Below, piece after piece: positions 18,800 through 28,211 of a DNA stretch of 64,000 nucleotides. The translations under genes were made by a program, and so were the position numbers. The stretch is from Candidatus Latescibacterota bacterium (GTDB lineage: Bacteria > Latescibacterota > UBA2968 > UBA8231): positions 1,312,001 to 1,376,000 of the forward strand of contig OZ252098.1 of assembly GCA_965248355.1 (NCBI GenBank), written 5' to 3'. Under the pieces are notes generated by a model that saw nothing but the letters and a program-made list of their open reading frames with translations, was not told the DNA's origin and ran no database searches. How positions within the stretch are numbered: the first letter of the stretch is position 1; every line of letters starts with the position of its first letter.

Positions 18800-19699
18800 A
18801 TGACCGACAAGCTCGCGCGCGGGATCCTGCCCGCCCTGTGCACCGCCTTCGACGACAGCGGGGCGCGCCCCGACCCCGATCGCCAGCGGGTCCTGCTGCG
18901 CGCCCTCCTCGAGGCCGGCTCGCAGGGCTTCTTCGTCTGCGGCGGCACCGGCGAGGGCCGCGCCATGACGGTACCGGAGCGCAAGCAGGTGGCCGGAGTG
19001 GTGGCCCGGGAGGTCGCCGGCCAGGTGCCCCTGATCCTGCAGGTCGGCGCCTGTCCCACGGTGGAGGCCGTCGAGCTGGCCCGGCACGCAGCCGGGGTGC
19101 CGGGCATCGACGCCGTCGCCTCGGTGGCGCCCGTGGACCGCCCGAAGGACCTGGCCGCCGCCGCGGAGCACTACGCCGCCATCGGCGCCGCCACCGACCT
19201 GCCCTTCTACGTCTACTGGCTGGCCCGCGAAGCCGACGACGCGGCCACGGCGGACCGCTTCCTGGAGGCCATGGAGGGGGTGCCCCACTTCGCCGGGATC
19301 AAGTTCACCGACTACAACCTCTTCCTCTTCGGCCAGCTCATCGAGCTGACCGGGGGCCGCCTCAACGCCATCAGCGGCCCCGACGAGATGTGCCTGCCCG
19401 CCATGTGCATGGGCGCCGACGCGGCGATCGGCACGACCTACAACATCATGCCGCGGATCTACCTCGAGATGCGCCGCGCCTTCGACGCCGGCGACCTCGA
19501 CAGCGCCCGCCTCTGCCAGCGCCACGCCAACCGGGTCATCCGCATCCTCATGGAGGCCGGGGTCATGGCGGCGGTGAAGGCGATCCTCGGCTGGCGGGGC
19601 ACGTCCGCCGGCCCTCCCCGGGTGGTGGAGCCCCTCGACGGGGAGGGGGAAGAGCGGCTGCGGGGAGAGCTGGAGGGCCTGGACTTCGAGGTGGCTTGA
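18800..19699 (+). CDS. DHDPS / N-acetylneuraminate lyase family aldolase
   Basis: GGAGG RBS, VCGGTGEG, GIKFT Schiff-base Lys, IGTTYN. Confidence 0.88.
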   Translation: MTDKLARGILPALCTAFDDSGARPDPDRQRVLLRALLEAGSQGFFVCGGTGEGRAMTVPERKQVAGVVAREVAGQVPLILQVGACPTVEAVELARHAAGVPGIDAVASVAPVDRPKDLAAAAEHYAAIGAATDLPFYVYWLAREADDAATADRFLEAMEGVPHFAGIKFTDYNLFLFGQLIELTGGRLNAISGPDEMCLPAMCMGADAAIGTTYNIMPRIYLEMRRAFDAGDLDSARLCQRHANRVIRILMEAGVMAAVKAILGWRGTSAGPPRVVEPLDGEGEERLRGELEGLDFEVA

Positions 19700-19922
19700 G
19701 GGGCGGCCTTTTGGGGGCGCGTTTGCTCTGGCATGAGCGCGACGCCCTCTTGGAACTTCAAGCAGGATACGGGGTGAGCCCCAAGGCAATCCTGTCTGCT
19801 CTCGCCACCCTGATGCCCCTGCAGTGGTGCTTCCGTCTGATTTGCCGCTATCGCGAAACAGAGGACTCAGCCATTCGTGAGCGATACACGCAGATCCTGG
19901 AGTTTGTGGATCCGTACACGCA

Positions 19923-20086
19923 GCGGGATCAGGCGCTCGCCGACCTGGCGGTACTCGGCGAACACCATGGGTTGGGACAGCTCCAGATCCCTCGTCGTAG
20001 TACTCCACGTCCACGGGCATCCAATCCTCGGTGCGCACGCGCACCACCACCTTGCCCCACACCACCGGCGCTTTCGGCTTCGGTCT
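19923..20086 (-). pseudogene. Internal fragment of a LolA-like outer-membrane lipoprotein-sorting protein
   Basis: PKPKAPVVWGKVVVRVRTEDWMPVDVEYYDE continues, after a frameshift, as LELSQPMVFAEYRQVGERLIP. No start of its own. Confidence 0.6.
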
Positions 20087-20588
20087 GAGCATGGGCCGCC
20101 CCTTCGACCCGTCCCACGCTTGCAGGCCGACGGAGATGGTCTCGGCATTGGAGGAATCGACGGAGACCGGGATGTCGGTCAGGCCCTGCACCGTCGCCAC
20201 GCGCCAGGTCATGGCCTCCTTCTGCTCTTCGAGCTTCAGCGAGATCTCATCGACCTTGAGATCGAGGGAATCGGCGCCCGCCTGTTCCTGCACGCTGAAC
20301 CATCCGTCTCAGGTAATGCATGCCCTCGGCCGGACTCTCGGTCGCCGCCCATCGCTGCCTGCACGGCGATCTTGACGTGCTTGACGCGTCCTTCCTCGAG
20401 TCCTGGGTGCCCTCCACCGCTTCCGGAATGACCAGGTGGCGCCGCTCGCCGTCGACCGAGCGGTAGCGCACCGCTTCCCGGCCGTCGCCGGTGGTCGTGA
20501 CGAGCTTGCCGCGGCGCATCACCACCCGCGTGGTGTGGATGTTCTCGCCGATGATGACGAAATCGAGATCGGGGTTGTGCAGCTTCAT
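20087..20588 (-). pseudogene. Frameshifted, 3'-truncated pterin-binding methyltetrahydrofolate:corrinoid methyltransferase (MeTr/AcsE/DHPS fold)
   Basis: Across three frames: IIGENIHTT...EEGRVKHVKIAV...EGMHYLRRMVQR...QEQAGADSLDLKVDE...IPVSVDSSN...GRPML. Three frameshifts, and it breaks off before the conserved NS motif. Confidence 0.8.
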
Positions 20589-20684
20589 GGCAGGTTGTTC
20601 GGTCGCTTGCGGCCGTGCCGCCCGCGCGCGGCACTCGACGGGCCGACCGGCCTATCGACATCCAAGGTGGCACAAAGAGAGAAT

Positions 20685-21437
20685 CTAAGCCGGCAGCCTT
20701 TGGCTCCAGGAGGTACCCGGGATCCCCTTGGCCCGGTCCGGATCCGTCCACCGAAGCAACACCGCTCCCCGGTAGGCCTCCGCCAGCAGGCGGTTGGGCG
20801 TCGCCTCTGCCGACGCCGAGGCCACGCCATACCCGCGCGCGTACGCCCGTACCCGAAATATCCGCTTGACCCCGTTGGGCAGGTCGGGCACCGTGTGCTC
20901 GGTCAGCTTGAACACCGTCTGATCCGTGAGACCCCCCAGGCCCGTCGGCTTCCACTCCCCAAAGTCCCCACCGGTCACCCGCTCCTGATACTGCCAGCCC
21001 CGGATGCCGGGATTCTTCGGGTCCGGGGAATCCCACCGCAACGTCACCTCGCCGTGACCCGCCGTCGCCGTCAGGCCCGCCGGCGCGTTCGGCGTGTCCC
21101 GGATCGTCACCGTCGACGTCGACGGGGCCCCGGACCGCACCCCCGCCGGCAACCGCCCGAAGCTCAACCCGATCGTCTCGTCCTCCACGTCGGCATCGCG
21201 CCTGGCCCAAATCTCGAACGAAGCCGAGGCACTGCCTCCGGTGAACACGAGCCCTCCCGACGGGCTGAGGTCGCGGACCCCGTAGTCCCGCTCTTCATCC
21301 GTGTCTTCCGCCGACAGAGCCGTCACCACCATCGGCACCTCCAACCGCTCGCTCGGCGCCGACGACAGGAAAGGGCTAGCAGACAACAGGATCGTCAGAA
21401 TCAGACCATACGCCCGCAGATCAGTCAAATCAGTCAT
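20685..21437 (-). CDS. Calx-beta-like plus fibronectin type III domain protein, probably a truncated remnant of a larger surface protein
   Basis: LVFTGGSASASFEI..DADVEDETIGLSFG..STVTIRD, then PNAPAGLTATAGHGEVTLRWD...FRVRAY. Ends partway into a second Fn3 repeat. Confidence 0.6.
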   Translation of the reverse strand: MTDLTDLRAYGLILTILLSASPFLSSAPSERLEVPMVVTALSAEDTDEERDYGVRDLSPSGGLVFTGGSASASFEIWARRDADVEDETIGLSFGRLPAGVRSGAPSTSTVTIRDTPNAPAGLTATAGHGEVTLRWDSPDPKNPGIRGWQYQERVTGGDFGEWKPTGLGGLTDQTVFKLTEHTVPDLPNGVKRIFRVRAYARGYGVASASAEATPNRLLAEAYRGAVLLRWTDPDRAKGIPGTSWSQRLPA

Positions 21438-22175
21438 TCAGTCATTGAAATTCTTCACCTCTCCCCATGGCAGCGATTGGATGGTGGTGAGAAAAACCTC
21501 CCAGGAGTGCCACTCGTCACTGGCGTCAGGTATGTAGTCACGATACGAGCCCTTCGACACCTGGACGGCCCAACCAAAGGTCCGTATGTCAGGCATGAGC
21601 CCATCTTGGGACAAGGCCGGGAAGCCGCCAAGGGCAGACCAGGGAATGGCTCCCTCCAGCCACTGGCCGGCAAGCGCGACCTCAAGCTCGGTGATGTCGG
21701 CACTTTCCGTCGGGGGGTTCCATCGGCCGCCGGTGTACCGCCGGTAGGTCTCGGTCGTCAGGCGCCCCCCCTGGCCGGTCACCGTGAACCGGTATTCCGG
21801 TCGGAACCCTTTCCAGGGGGCCGTCCGGTCGCCAGAGGTGGTGTCGGGGGACACGTCGAAGAACAGGTCCACCGTCGTGGGGTCCGAACCATGGAAGGGG
21901 GGGACGTAGAACCGGAAGATGAAGGCGAACAACTCGCGCCTGGGTATGTCGTGGGGGCCATACTCGCCCCAGCCGAAGCTGTATTGCATGATGTCCACCG
22001 TGCTGTTTGTGTCAGGGGTCACGTCACTGATATCGTCGAGGTAAAAGCTGGTCCCCCAATCCTGCCAATTCCCGTCGACGGTGAAGTTCAGGCGATCCTG
22101 CGCCGGGGCTACTTGGGCGCCAAGCCCCAAGGTCACGACGGCACTCAGCAAGGACAGCACGTTGCGCACTCGCAT
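21438..22175 (-). CDS. Secreted hypothetical protein with C-terminal 'SLPWGEVK' tail
   Basis: AAGGAG RBS, signal peptide (APA-QD), VDGNWQDW and LEGAIPWSALG motifs reminiscent of CBM9/DOMON sugar-binding folds. Confidence 0.75.
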   Translation of the reverse strand: MRVRNVLSLLSAVVTLGLGAQVAPAQDRLNFTVDGNWQDWGTSFYLDDISDVTPDTNSTVDIMQYSFGWGEYGPHDIPRRELFAFIFRFYVPPFHGSDPTTVDLFFDVSPDTTSGDRTAPWKGFRPEYRFTVTGQGGRLTTETYRRYTGGRWNPPTESADITELEVALAGQWLEGAIPWSALGGFPALSQDGLMPDIRTFGWAVQVSKGSYRDYIPDASDEWHSWEVFLTTIQSLPWGEVKNFND

Positions 22176-22425
22176 GGCGAAGTCTCCTTGTCCTGTGGTA
22201 GTGTCGGGTTGGAGCTGGGAATTCTGCCCTCGACCAAACGGGAGCCCGCCCGGGCACGTTGGCGTCCGGGCGGCGGAGCACCGAGATCCGGGCCGGCATC
22301 CGGGCGAGCGTTCGATTGGACCGCAAGTGTGCATCGAGGCCCTCCCCAAGCCAACGGAGTCCCGATCCAGTGCACGGCTCCGTCGGTCCCAGAGCAGTCT
22401 CGGTGAGGACCGCCGCTTGGCGGCC

Positions 22426-23472
22426 TCACCCAACCCGGTAGCGCTCCACCACGTCCAGATCCAGCCTCACCCCGAGGCCCGGCCCCTCCGGCACGGTGAA
22501 GTGGCCCTCCGTCAACTCCAGGCTGCCGCCGAGGACGTCCGCCTCGCGCACGAAGGGCAGCTCGTCGCATGGCAGGGTGGCCTTGGGGATCGTCGCCTGC
22601 ACGTGCACGGAGTAGGCGGCCAGCACGCCGAGGCAGACGCCGCCCATCTGCACCCACACCGGGACGTTTCCGGCGGCGGCCACGGCGGCGGCGGCCCTCA
22701 CCTCCCGGGCCCGGCCGCCGAGGGTCAGGTAGTCGACGCACTCGGCCTTCAGGGCCGCGAGCACGTCGGCGCCGCGGCAGGGGCGGCGGCCCTGGGGCAC
22801 GCCGATGTGCATGGCCACGGGGATGTGGGTCTTCTCCCGCAGCAGGCGCCAGGAATCGAGGTTCTCCTTGGGGATGGGATCCTCGAAGTTGGCCACCGTG
22901 CCGAAGGGCTCCAGCTCGGCGGCGAGTCGGGCCGCGGTGTGCACGTGGCCGAAGCTGGTGTTGGGATCGACGCCGACGGTGTACTCGGGTCCCGCCGCCG
23001 CCTTCATGAGGCGCACGGTCTCGACGATGTTGTGGGTGCGGGCCTTGAGCTTGTGGTTGGTGAAGCCGAGGCGGCGGCCGGCCTCGGCCTCGGCGGCGGT
23101 ATCGGCGGCCGGCATGGCCGAGGACCAGTACGAGACGGGCACCCGCTCCCGCACCCGGGGGCCGAAGAACCGCCACACGGGCCATCCGAGGGCCTGGCCC
23201 TGGAGATCGAGGAAGGCGCACTCGAAGAGGTCCTCCTGGGCGAAGGGGTCCACGGCGAGGGGATCCTGCCCCACACAGGCGGCGGCCTGCGCCTCCAAGC
23301 GGGCTCGGCCCTCCTCGGACAGGGTGTAGACCGCCGACTCGCCGATGCCCTCCAGCCCCTCGTCGGTGCGCACCCGACAGAGGGTGATGTCGTAGATCCT
23401 CGGGTTCAGCCTGGCGATCGCCGCGATGGGCGGGATCTCCACGTGGTACAGGTCGACGCCGGTCACTCTCAT
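22426..23472 (-). CDS. Mandelate racemase / muconate lactonizing enzyme family (enolase superfamily)
   Basis: TDEGLEGIGES, DLQGQALGWPV, HKLK, VDPN, FEDP, PEGPGLGV. Confidence 0.88.
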   Translation of the reverse strand: MRVTGVDLYHVEIPPIAAIARLNPRIYDITLCRVRTDEGLEGIGESAVYTLSEEGRARLEAQAAACVGQDPLAVDPFAQEDLFECAFLDLQGQALGWPVWRFFGPRVRERVPVSYWSSAMPAADTAAEAEAGRRLGFTNHKLKARTHNIVETVRLMKAAAGPEYTVGVDPNTSFGHVHTAARLAAELEPFGTVANFEDPIPKENLDSWRLLREKTHIPVAMHIGVPQGRRPCRGADVLAALKAECVDYLTLGGRAREVRAAAAVAAAGNVPVWVQMGGVCLGVLAAYSVHVQATIPKATLPCDELPFVREADVLGGSLELTEGHFTVPEGPGLGVRLDLDVVERYRVG

Positions 23473-23594
23473 TTTTCGGCCCTCCGGCCGGCGAAGTTAC
23501 CGCCTCGCCTTGCGTGCCGCGAGACTCAGGGCTTGAATCAGCCGGCGTTTCCGGCGCGCCGACTGCGCCAGCCTCCCTCCAGAAAGAGCCGCCC

Positions 23595-24800
23595 ATGTCC
23601 CTGCGTGTCGGCGTCGTCGGCTGCGGCGCCTTCTCCCCCCACTTCATCACCCTCTTCAAGGCCCATCCCCTGGTGGAGTCGGTGGTGCTGTGCGACCTCG
23701 ACGCCGACAAGCTCGCCGCCGCCGCCGAACGACACGGGATCGCCGAGACCCGCTCCAGCCTGGAGGAGCTGTGCGCCGACGCCTCTGTCGACGCCGTGGC
23801 TCTCTTCACCCAGAACTGGCTCCATGGGCCACAGGCGGCCGCCGCCCTGCGCGCCGGCAAGCACGTGTACAGCGCCGTGCCCACGGGGATCACCGCCGAG
23901 GAGGTGACCGATCTCGTCGAGGCCGCCGCCGGCACCGACCGCCTCTACATGCTCGGCGAGACCAGCTACTACTACCCGGGCGTGGTCTACTGCCGCCGGC
24001 GCTTTCGGGCCGGGGACTTCGGGCGCCCTGTATACGCCGAGGCCGAGTACCTCCACGACTTCAGCCACGGCCTCTACGACGCGATGCGCTCGCGCGGAGG
24101 CCGCGACTGGCGGCGCTTCGCCGGCAGCCCCCCCATGCAGTACCCCACCCACTCGACGAGCCAGATCCTCTCGGTCACCGGGGCCCGCATGACCCACGTC
24201 TCCGGCCACGGTTTCGTCGACGATCACGAGGACGGCCTCTTCCGCGCCGGCTCGAACCAGTGGGCCAACGAGTTCAGCGACGAGACCGCCTTCTTCCGGC
24301 TGTCCGACGGCAGCGCCTGCCGCATCGCCGAGCTGCGCCGCGTCGGCCACCCGGGGGGCGTGCGCATGTCCCTCTACGGCACCGCCGGCAGCTTCGAGCA
24401 GCACGTCTCCGGCGTCCGCTGGCTCACCGCCAACCGTGCCGAGACCGAGTCCCTCGAAGACCTGCTCACCTGCGCCGGGGTCCCCGGGCCGCAGGCCGGA
24501 GACGGCATCTACGAGGGGGTTTCGCCGGCGCACCCGGTGCATCGCCTGCCCCGGCAGTTCCTGAACCTGCCCAACGGTCACCGAGGCTCCCACCAGTTCC
24601 TCGTGGACGACTTCCTGAGGGCCGCGGCGGACGGCGTGCTCCCGCCCAACAACGCCTGGGCGGCGGCCCGCTACATGCTGCCCGGCCTCGCGGCCCACGA
24701 GTCCGCCCGCCGCGGCGGCGAGCTGCTCGGGATCCCGGATCTCGGCGATCCCCCTTCGACGCCGGTGGAGTACGACGAGCCGGTCGCCGGAGGAGACTGA
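23595..24800 (+). CDS. Gfo/Idh/MocA family oxidoreductase
   Basis: VGVVGCG Rossmann motif, GKHVYSAVP, YPTHS, GHRGSHQFLVDDF. Confidence 0.9.
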   Translation: MSLRVGVVGCGAFSPHFITLFKAHPLVESVVLCDLDADKLAAAAERHGIAETRSSLEELCADASVDAVALFTQNWLHGPQAAAALRAGKHVYSAVPTGITAEEVTDLVEAAAGTDRLYMLGETSYYYPGVVYCRRRFRAGDFGRPVYAEAEYLHDFSHGLYDAMRSRGGRDWRRFAGSPPMQYPTHSTSQILSVTGARMTHVSGHGFVDDHEDGLFRAGSNQWANEFSDETAFFRLSDGSACRIAELRRVGHPGGVRMSLYGTAGSFEQHVSGVRWLTANRAETESLEDLLTCAGVPGPQAGDGIYEGVSPAHPVHRLPRQFLNLPNGHRGSHQFLVDDFLRAAADGVLPPNNAWAAARYMLPGLAAHESARRGGELLGIPDLGDPPSTPVEYDEPVAGGD

Positions 24801-26038
24801 TGATGGACCCCACCCTCAACCGCACGCGCTCGGCGCCGGGCCGGCTGGAGCTGAGCGTCGGTCCCGGCGGCGACCTGGAGGGCCGCGACGACCGGGTGCT
24901 GCAGGCCGGCGCCGACTACCTGGCGCGCCTCGGCGGCGGGGTCCTGCGCGTCCTGCCCGCCACTTACCACATGCGCAACGCCCTCTACCTGCGGCCGGGG
25001 GTGAAGCTGCGCGGCGCCGGCGAGGCCACGGTGCTGCGCAAGACGGCCGGGGCGAGCACGCCGCTGAGCCGCGACTCCGACTGGTACGAGAACCGGGTCA
25101 CCGTGGAGGACCCCTCTCCCTTCCGCCCGGGGTGCGGCATCATGCTGCGCTCGTACGACGGCGACAGCCTGCGCGAGGTGGTGCGCGATACCGTGGTCGA
25201 GATGGACGGCGCCGAGCTGACCCTGTCGCGGCGGCTGCTGAAGAACTTCTGGCTCGAGAACCAGGCCACGGCGGCCACCCTCTTTCCGCTGGTCACGGCC
25301 GAGGAGGGGGTCTGCGACCTGGCCGTGGAAGACCTGGTTCTCGACGGCCACCGCGCCGGGAACGAGGAGATCAACGGCAACTACGCCGGCGCCGTCTTCC
25401 TGCAGCAGTGCCACCGGTGGCGCCTCCGGGGGGTGACGGCGCGCGACTATAACGGCGACGGCTTCAGCTTCCAGGTCTGCGACGACGTCAGCTTCGAGGA
25501 CTGCCGCTCCCTGGACAACGCCAACCTCGGCTTCCACCCGGGCTCCGGATCGCAGCGGCCCCTCTTCCGCAACTGCGAGGCCCGGGGCAACGCCCAGGGG
25601 ATCTTCTTCTGCTGGGGGGTCACCGACGGCCGGGTCGAGGACTGCGCCTGCTGCGACAACCGCGACTACGGCATCAGCATCGGCCACCGCGACACCGACA
25701 ACCGGCTGTCGGGCACCCTCTTCGAGGGCAACCACCGCGTCGGCCTGCTGTTCCGGGAGTCCGCGTCCGGGTTCCGGGGCGGTCACCGCAACGTGGTGGA
25801 GGGCTGCCGCTTCGCCGACAACGGCTTCGCCGGGGAGGGCGTGGCCGTGGACGTGCGCGGCGAGACCCACGACACCGAGATCCGGGACTGCCGTTTCGAG
25901 GCGGGGGCGGGGGGACGGCAGCGCATCGGCATACGCATCGGCGCCGAGGCCCGGGGCACGTGCCTGTCGGGAAACGACTTCGAGGGGCTGGCCGAGGACG
26001 TGGCCGGAGACGCGGCGGAGAGCGGCCCGGACGGCTGA
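24800..26038 (+). CDS. Right-handed parallel beta-helix (pectin lyase-fold) protein
   Basis: GGAGG RBS and TGATG coupling. LQAGAD..GGGVLRVLPATY, and repeated Cys/Asn ladders (NGDGFSFQ, GFHPGSG, GISIG). Confidence 0.8.
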   Translation: MMDPTLNRTRSAPGRLELSVGPGGDLEGRDDRVLQAGADYLARLGGGVLRVLPATYHMRNALYLRPGVKLRGAGEATVLRKTAGASTPLSRDSDWYENRVTVEDPSPFRPGCGIMLRSYDGDSLREVVRDTVVEMDGAELTLSRRLLKNFWLENQATAATLFPLVTAEEGVCDLAVEDLVLDGHRAGNEEINGNYAGAVFLQQCHRWRLRGVTARDYNGDGFSFQVCDDVSFEDCRSLDNANLGFHPGSGSQRPLFRNCEARGNAQGIFFCWGVTDGRVEDCACCDNRDYGISIGHRDTDNRLSGTLFEGNHRVGLLFRESASGFRGGHRNVVEGCRFADNGFAGEGVAVDVRGETHDTEIRDCRFEAGAGGRQRIGIRIGAEARGTCLSGNDFEGLAEDVAGDAAESGPDG

Positions 26039-26041
26039 TCC

Positions 26042-27457
26042 TTGGACCGCTTCCTCCTCGTCGACTTCGGCACGACGAGCACCAAGTCGGCCCTCCTGCA
26101 GCTCGACAGCGGCCGCTTCGAGCACCTTCGCCGGCACCCGGCCCTGCCCGCGGTCCCCGGGCCGGAGGGGCATCACGAGGTGCCGCTGGCGGCGATCCGG
26201 GAGCGCTTCCACGATCTGTGCGCCGAGGCCTGGACCGCCTCGGGCGGCGGCTTCGAGGGCATCGTCCTGTGCAGCGAGATGCACGGCTTCGCCCTGCTGG
26301 ACCCGCGGACCCGCGAGCCCCTCACCCGGTACATCTCCTGGCTCGACGGCCGCTCCCTGGAGAGGGTGGACGGGCGCAGCTCCTTCGAGCTGGTGGCCGA
26401 CCACCTGGGGGACCGCTTCCGGCGCCTCACCGGCATGCGGCCGCGGCCCGGGTTTCCGCTGATCAACCTCGTCCACTGCGCGCGCACGATGAAGCTGCCG
26501 CCCCAGGTGGAGATGGTCTCCCTGCCCGGCTGGCTCTGCCGCGACGAGGCGGGCGGCCCCCCGCCGGAGCATCCCACCATCCTGGCGGGAATGGCCCTCT
26601 ACGACGTGGCCGGGAGGAAGATCGCACCGGAACTGCTGGAGACCGCGCGCGAGCTGGGGGGCGTCTCGCCGATCCCGGGCGAGGCCGCCGCCGAGGACAC
26701 GGTCGCCGGTCATTGGGCCGGACCCCTGGGTCCCGTGCCGGTCTTCGCCGGCGTCGGCGACCACCAGTGCTCGGTGCTGGGCGCGGGGGTGGTGGAGGAG
26801 ACCACGGCTTCGGTCAATCTGGGCACCGGCAGCCAGGTGGCCGTCCTCGGCGCACCCCGGGACCAGGGCTTCGAGCAGCGGCCCCACTTGGACGGGCTCG
26901 ACCTGACCGCCGTCACCCACATCCCGGGGGGCCGCGCCCTCGCCGAGTTCGTCGGTTTCCTGCAGCAGGTGTCGGGGCGCGCCCTGGCGGCCTCCGGCGG
27001 CGGCTCCGGACCCGGTTGGTGGGCCGCGATGGCTGCTCTGGGCGCCGCGGAGGTGGACGCCGCGAGCCTGGAGGTGGACCTGGCCGTCTTCGAGGGGGCC
27101 CGGGGATACCGCGCCGGAGGCGGCATCGGCGGCGTGCTCGAGGGCGGCCTGACGCCGGAGAACTACCTCGCCTCCGTGTTGCGCGCCTTCGTGACCCAGT
27201 ACGCCGAGGTCCTCGACGAGCTGGACCCCGGGCGCCGCCTGGAGAAGGTCGCCCTCGGGGGCGGGATCGCCCGCAACCTGCCGCGTCTGGCGGAGCTGCT
27301 GTCGAGCGCCTCGGGGCGGAACGTGCAGGGGGCCTGCGCCCTCGACGAGTCCCTCCTCGGCCTGCGCGCCCTCGCCCTGCGCTGCGCCGGACGGACCTCC
27401 ACGACGGCGGAGGCCTGGCGCCTGCACGGGGGGACCTGCGAGGTGGTGGAGAGGTGA
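26042..27457 (+). CDS. FGGY-family carbohydrate kinase
   Basis: VDFGTTSTKS, SEMHG, SWLDGR, GDHQC, NLGTGSQ, LGGG. Confidence 0.85.
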   Translation: MDRFLLVDFGTTSTKSALLQLDSGRFEHLRRHPALPAVPGPEGHHEVPLAAIRERFHDLCAEAWTASGGGFEGIVLCSEMHGFALLDPRTREPLTRYISWLDGRSLERVDGRSSFELVADHLGDRFRRLTGMRPRPGFPLINLVHCARTMKLPPQVEMVSLPGWLCRDEAGGPPPEHPTILAGMALYDVAGRKIAPELLETARELGGVSPIPGEAAAEDTVAGHWAGPLGPVPVFAGVGDHQCSVLGAGVVEETTASVNLGTGSQVAVLGAPRDQGFEQRPHLDGLDLTAVTHIPGGRALAEFVGFLQQVSGRALAASGGGSGPGWWAAMAALGAAEVDAASLEVDLAVFEGARGYRAGGGIGGVLEGGLTPENYLASVLRAFVTQYAEVLDELDPGRRLEKVALGGGIARNLPRLAELLSSASGRNVQGACALDESLLGLRALALRCAGRTSTTAEAWRLHGGTCEVVER

Positions 27458-27479
27458 GAGCCGGGGCCCGGCCGGCCCG

Positions 27480-28211
27480 TCAGGCTTCCGCCGAACGAGC
27501 GAAGAGCCAGGCGCCCAGGGCCACGTAGGCCAGACCCACGGCGCAGGTCACGGTTAGGGAGGCGAGCATCTCCCCGTGCCCGACGTGCAGGCCCGAGAGC
27601 GGATCCCACCTCACGGTCTCGAAGATCCCCGAGCCGGGCAGCACCAGGGCCTTCACCCTGGCGTGCAGATAGATGCCGAGCAGGACCGCGGCCGCGGTCG
27701 TCAGCCCCTTGAACCTCGGCGCCAGGAGCCGGACCACGGCGGCCCCGCAGGCGATCCCGGAGACCAGCACCAGGAGCCCGAAGTAGAGGGCCGCCGCCGT
27801 TGCCCAGGCGCCGGCGGGGTCGATGGCGGGCATGGGGTGCAGGGCGGGCCCGAGGCGCACGTAGACCGCGTGCAGGGCGAGGCCGCTCACCAGGAAGAGG
27901 GCCGCCCCCAGGCTCACGTGGGCGGTCGCCTTGGCCAGCAGCGGCCAGGCCCGCCCCACCGGCAGCGACAGCAGCAGGTAGTGGGTCCCCGTCCGCCACT
28001 CGCGGGTCACCGACTTGACGAGCAGCGCCGGCAGCATCAGGGCGCTCGCCCCGGTGAGCAGCACCAGCCCCAGCGCCGCCAGCGCCGTCGAGGCCGAGGG
28101 CCCCGCGGCGGCCGCGTAGAGGCCGATGCCGGCGGTCGTGGCCAAGGCGAAGGCAGCTACCAGCCGCAACTCCTTCAGTTCCTTCACATAAAGCGCGGCC
28201 AGCGGGCTCAC
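27480..28211 (-). CDS. ABC-2 type permease / membrane protein
   Basis: GTGA overlap with the ATPase gene, about six hydrophobic segments, REWRTGTHYLLLSLPV..LLAK motif. Confidence 0.75.
   Translation of the reverse strand: MSPLAALYVKELKELRLVAAFALATTAGIGLYAAAAGPSASTALAALGLVLLTGASALMLPALLVKSVTREWRTGTHYLLLSLPVGRAWPLLAKATAHVSLGAALFLVSGLALHAVYVRLGPALHPMPAIDPAGAWATAAALYFGLLVLVSGIACGAAVVRLLAPRFKGLTTAAAVLLGIYLHARVKALVLPGSGIFETVRWDPLSGLHVGHGEMLASLTVTCAVGLAYVALGAWLFARSAEA

Noticed and set aside
22176..22425. 250-bp intergenic region as possible ncRNA
   Set aside because: Only short GC-rich stems, with no identifiable RNA family motif.
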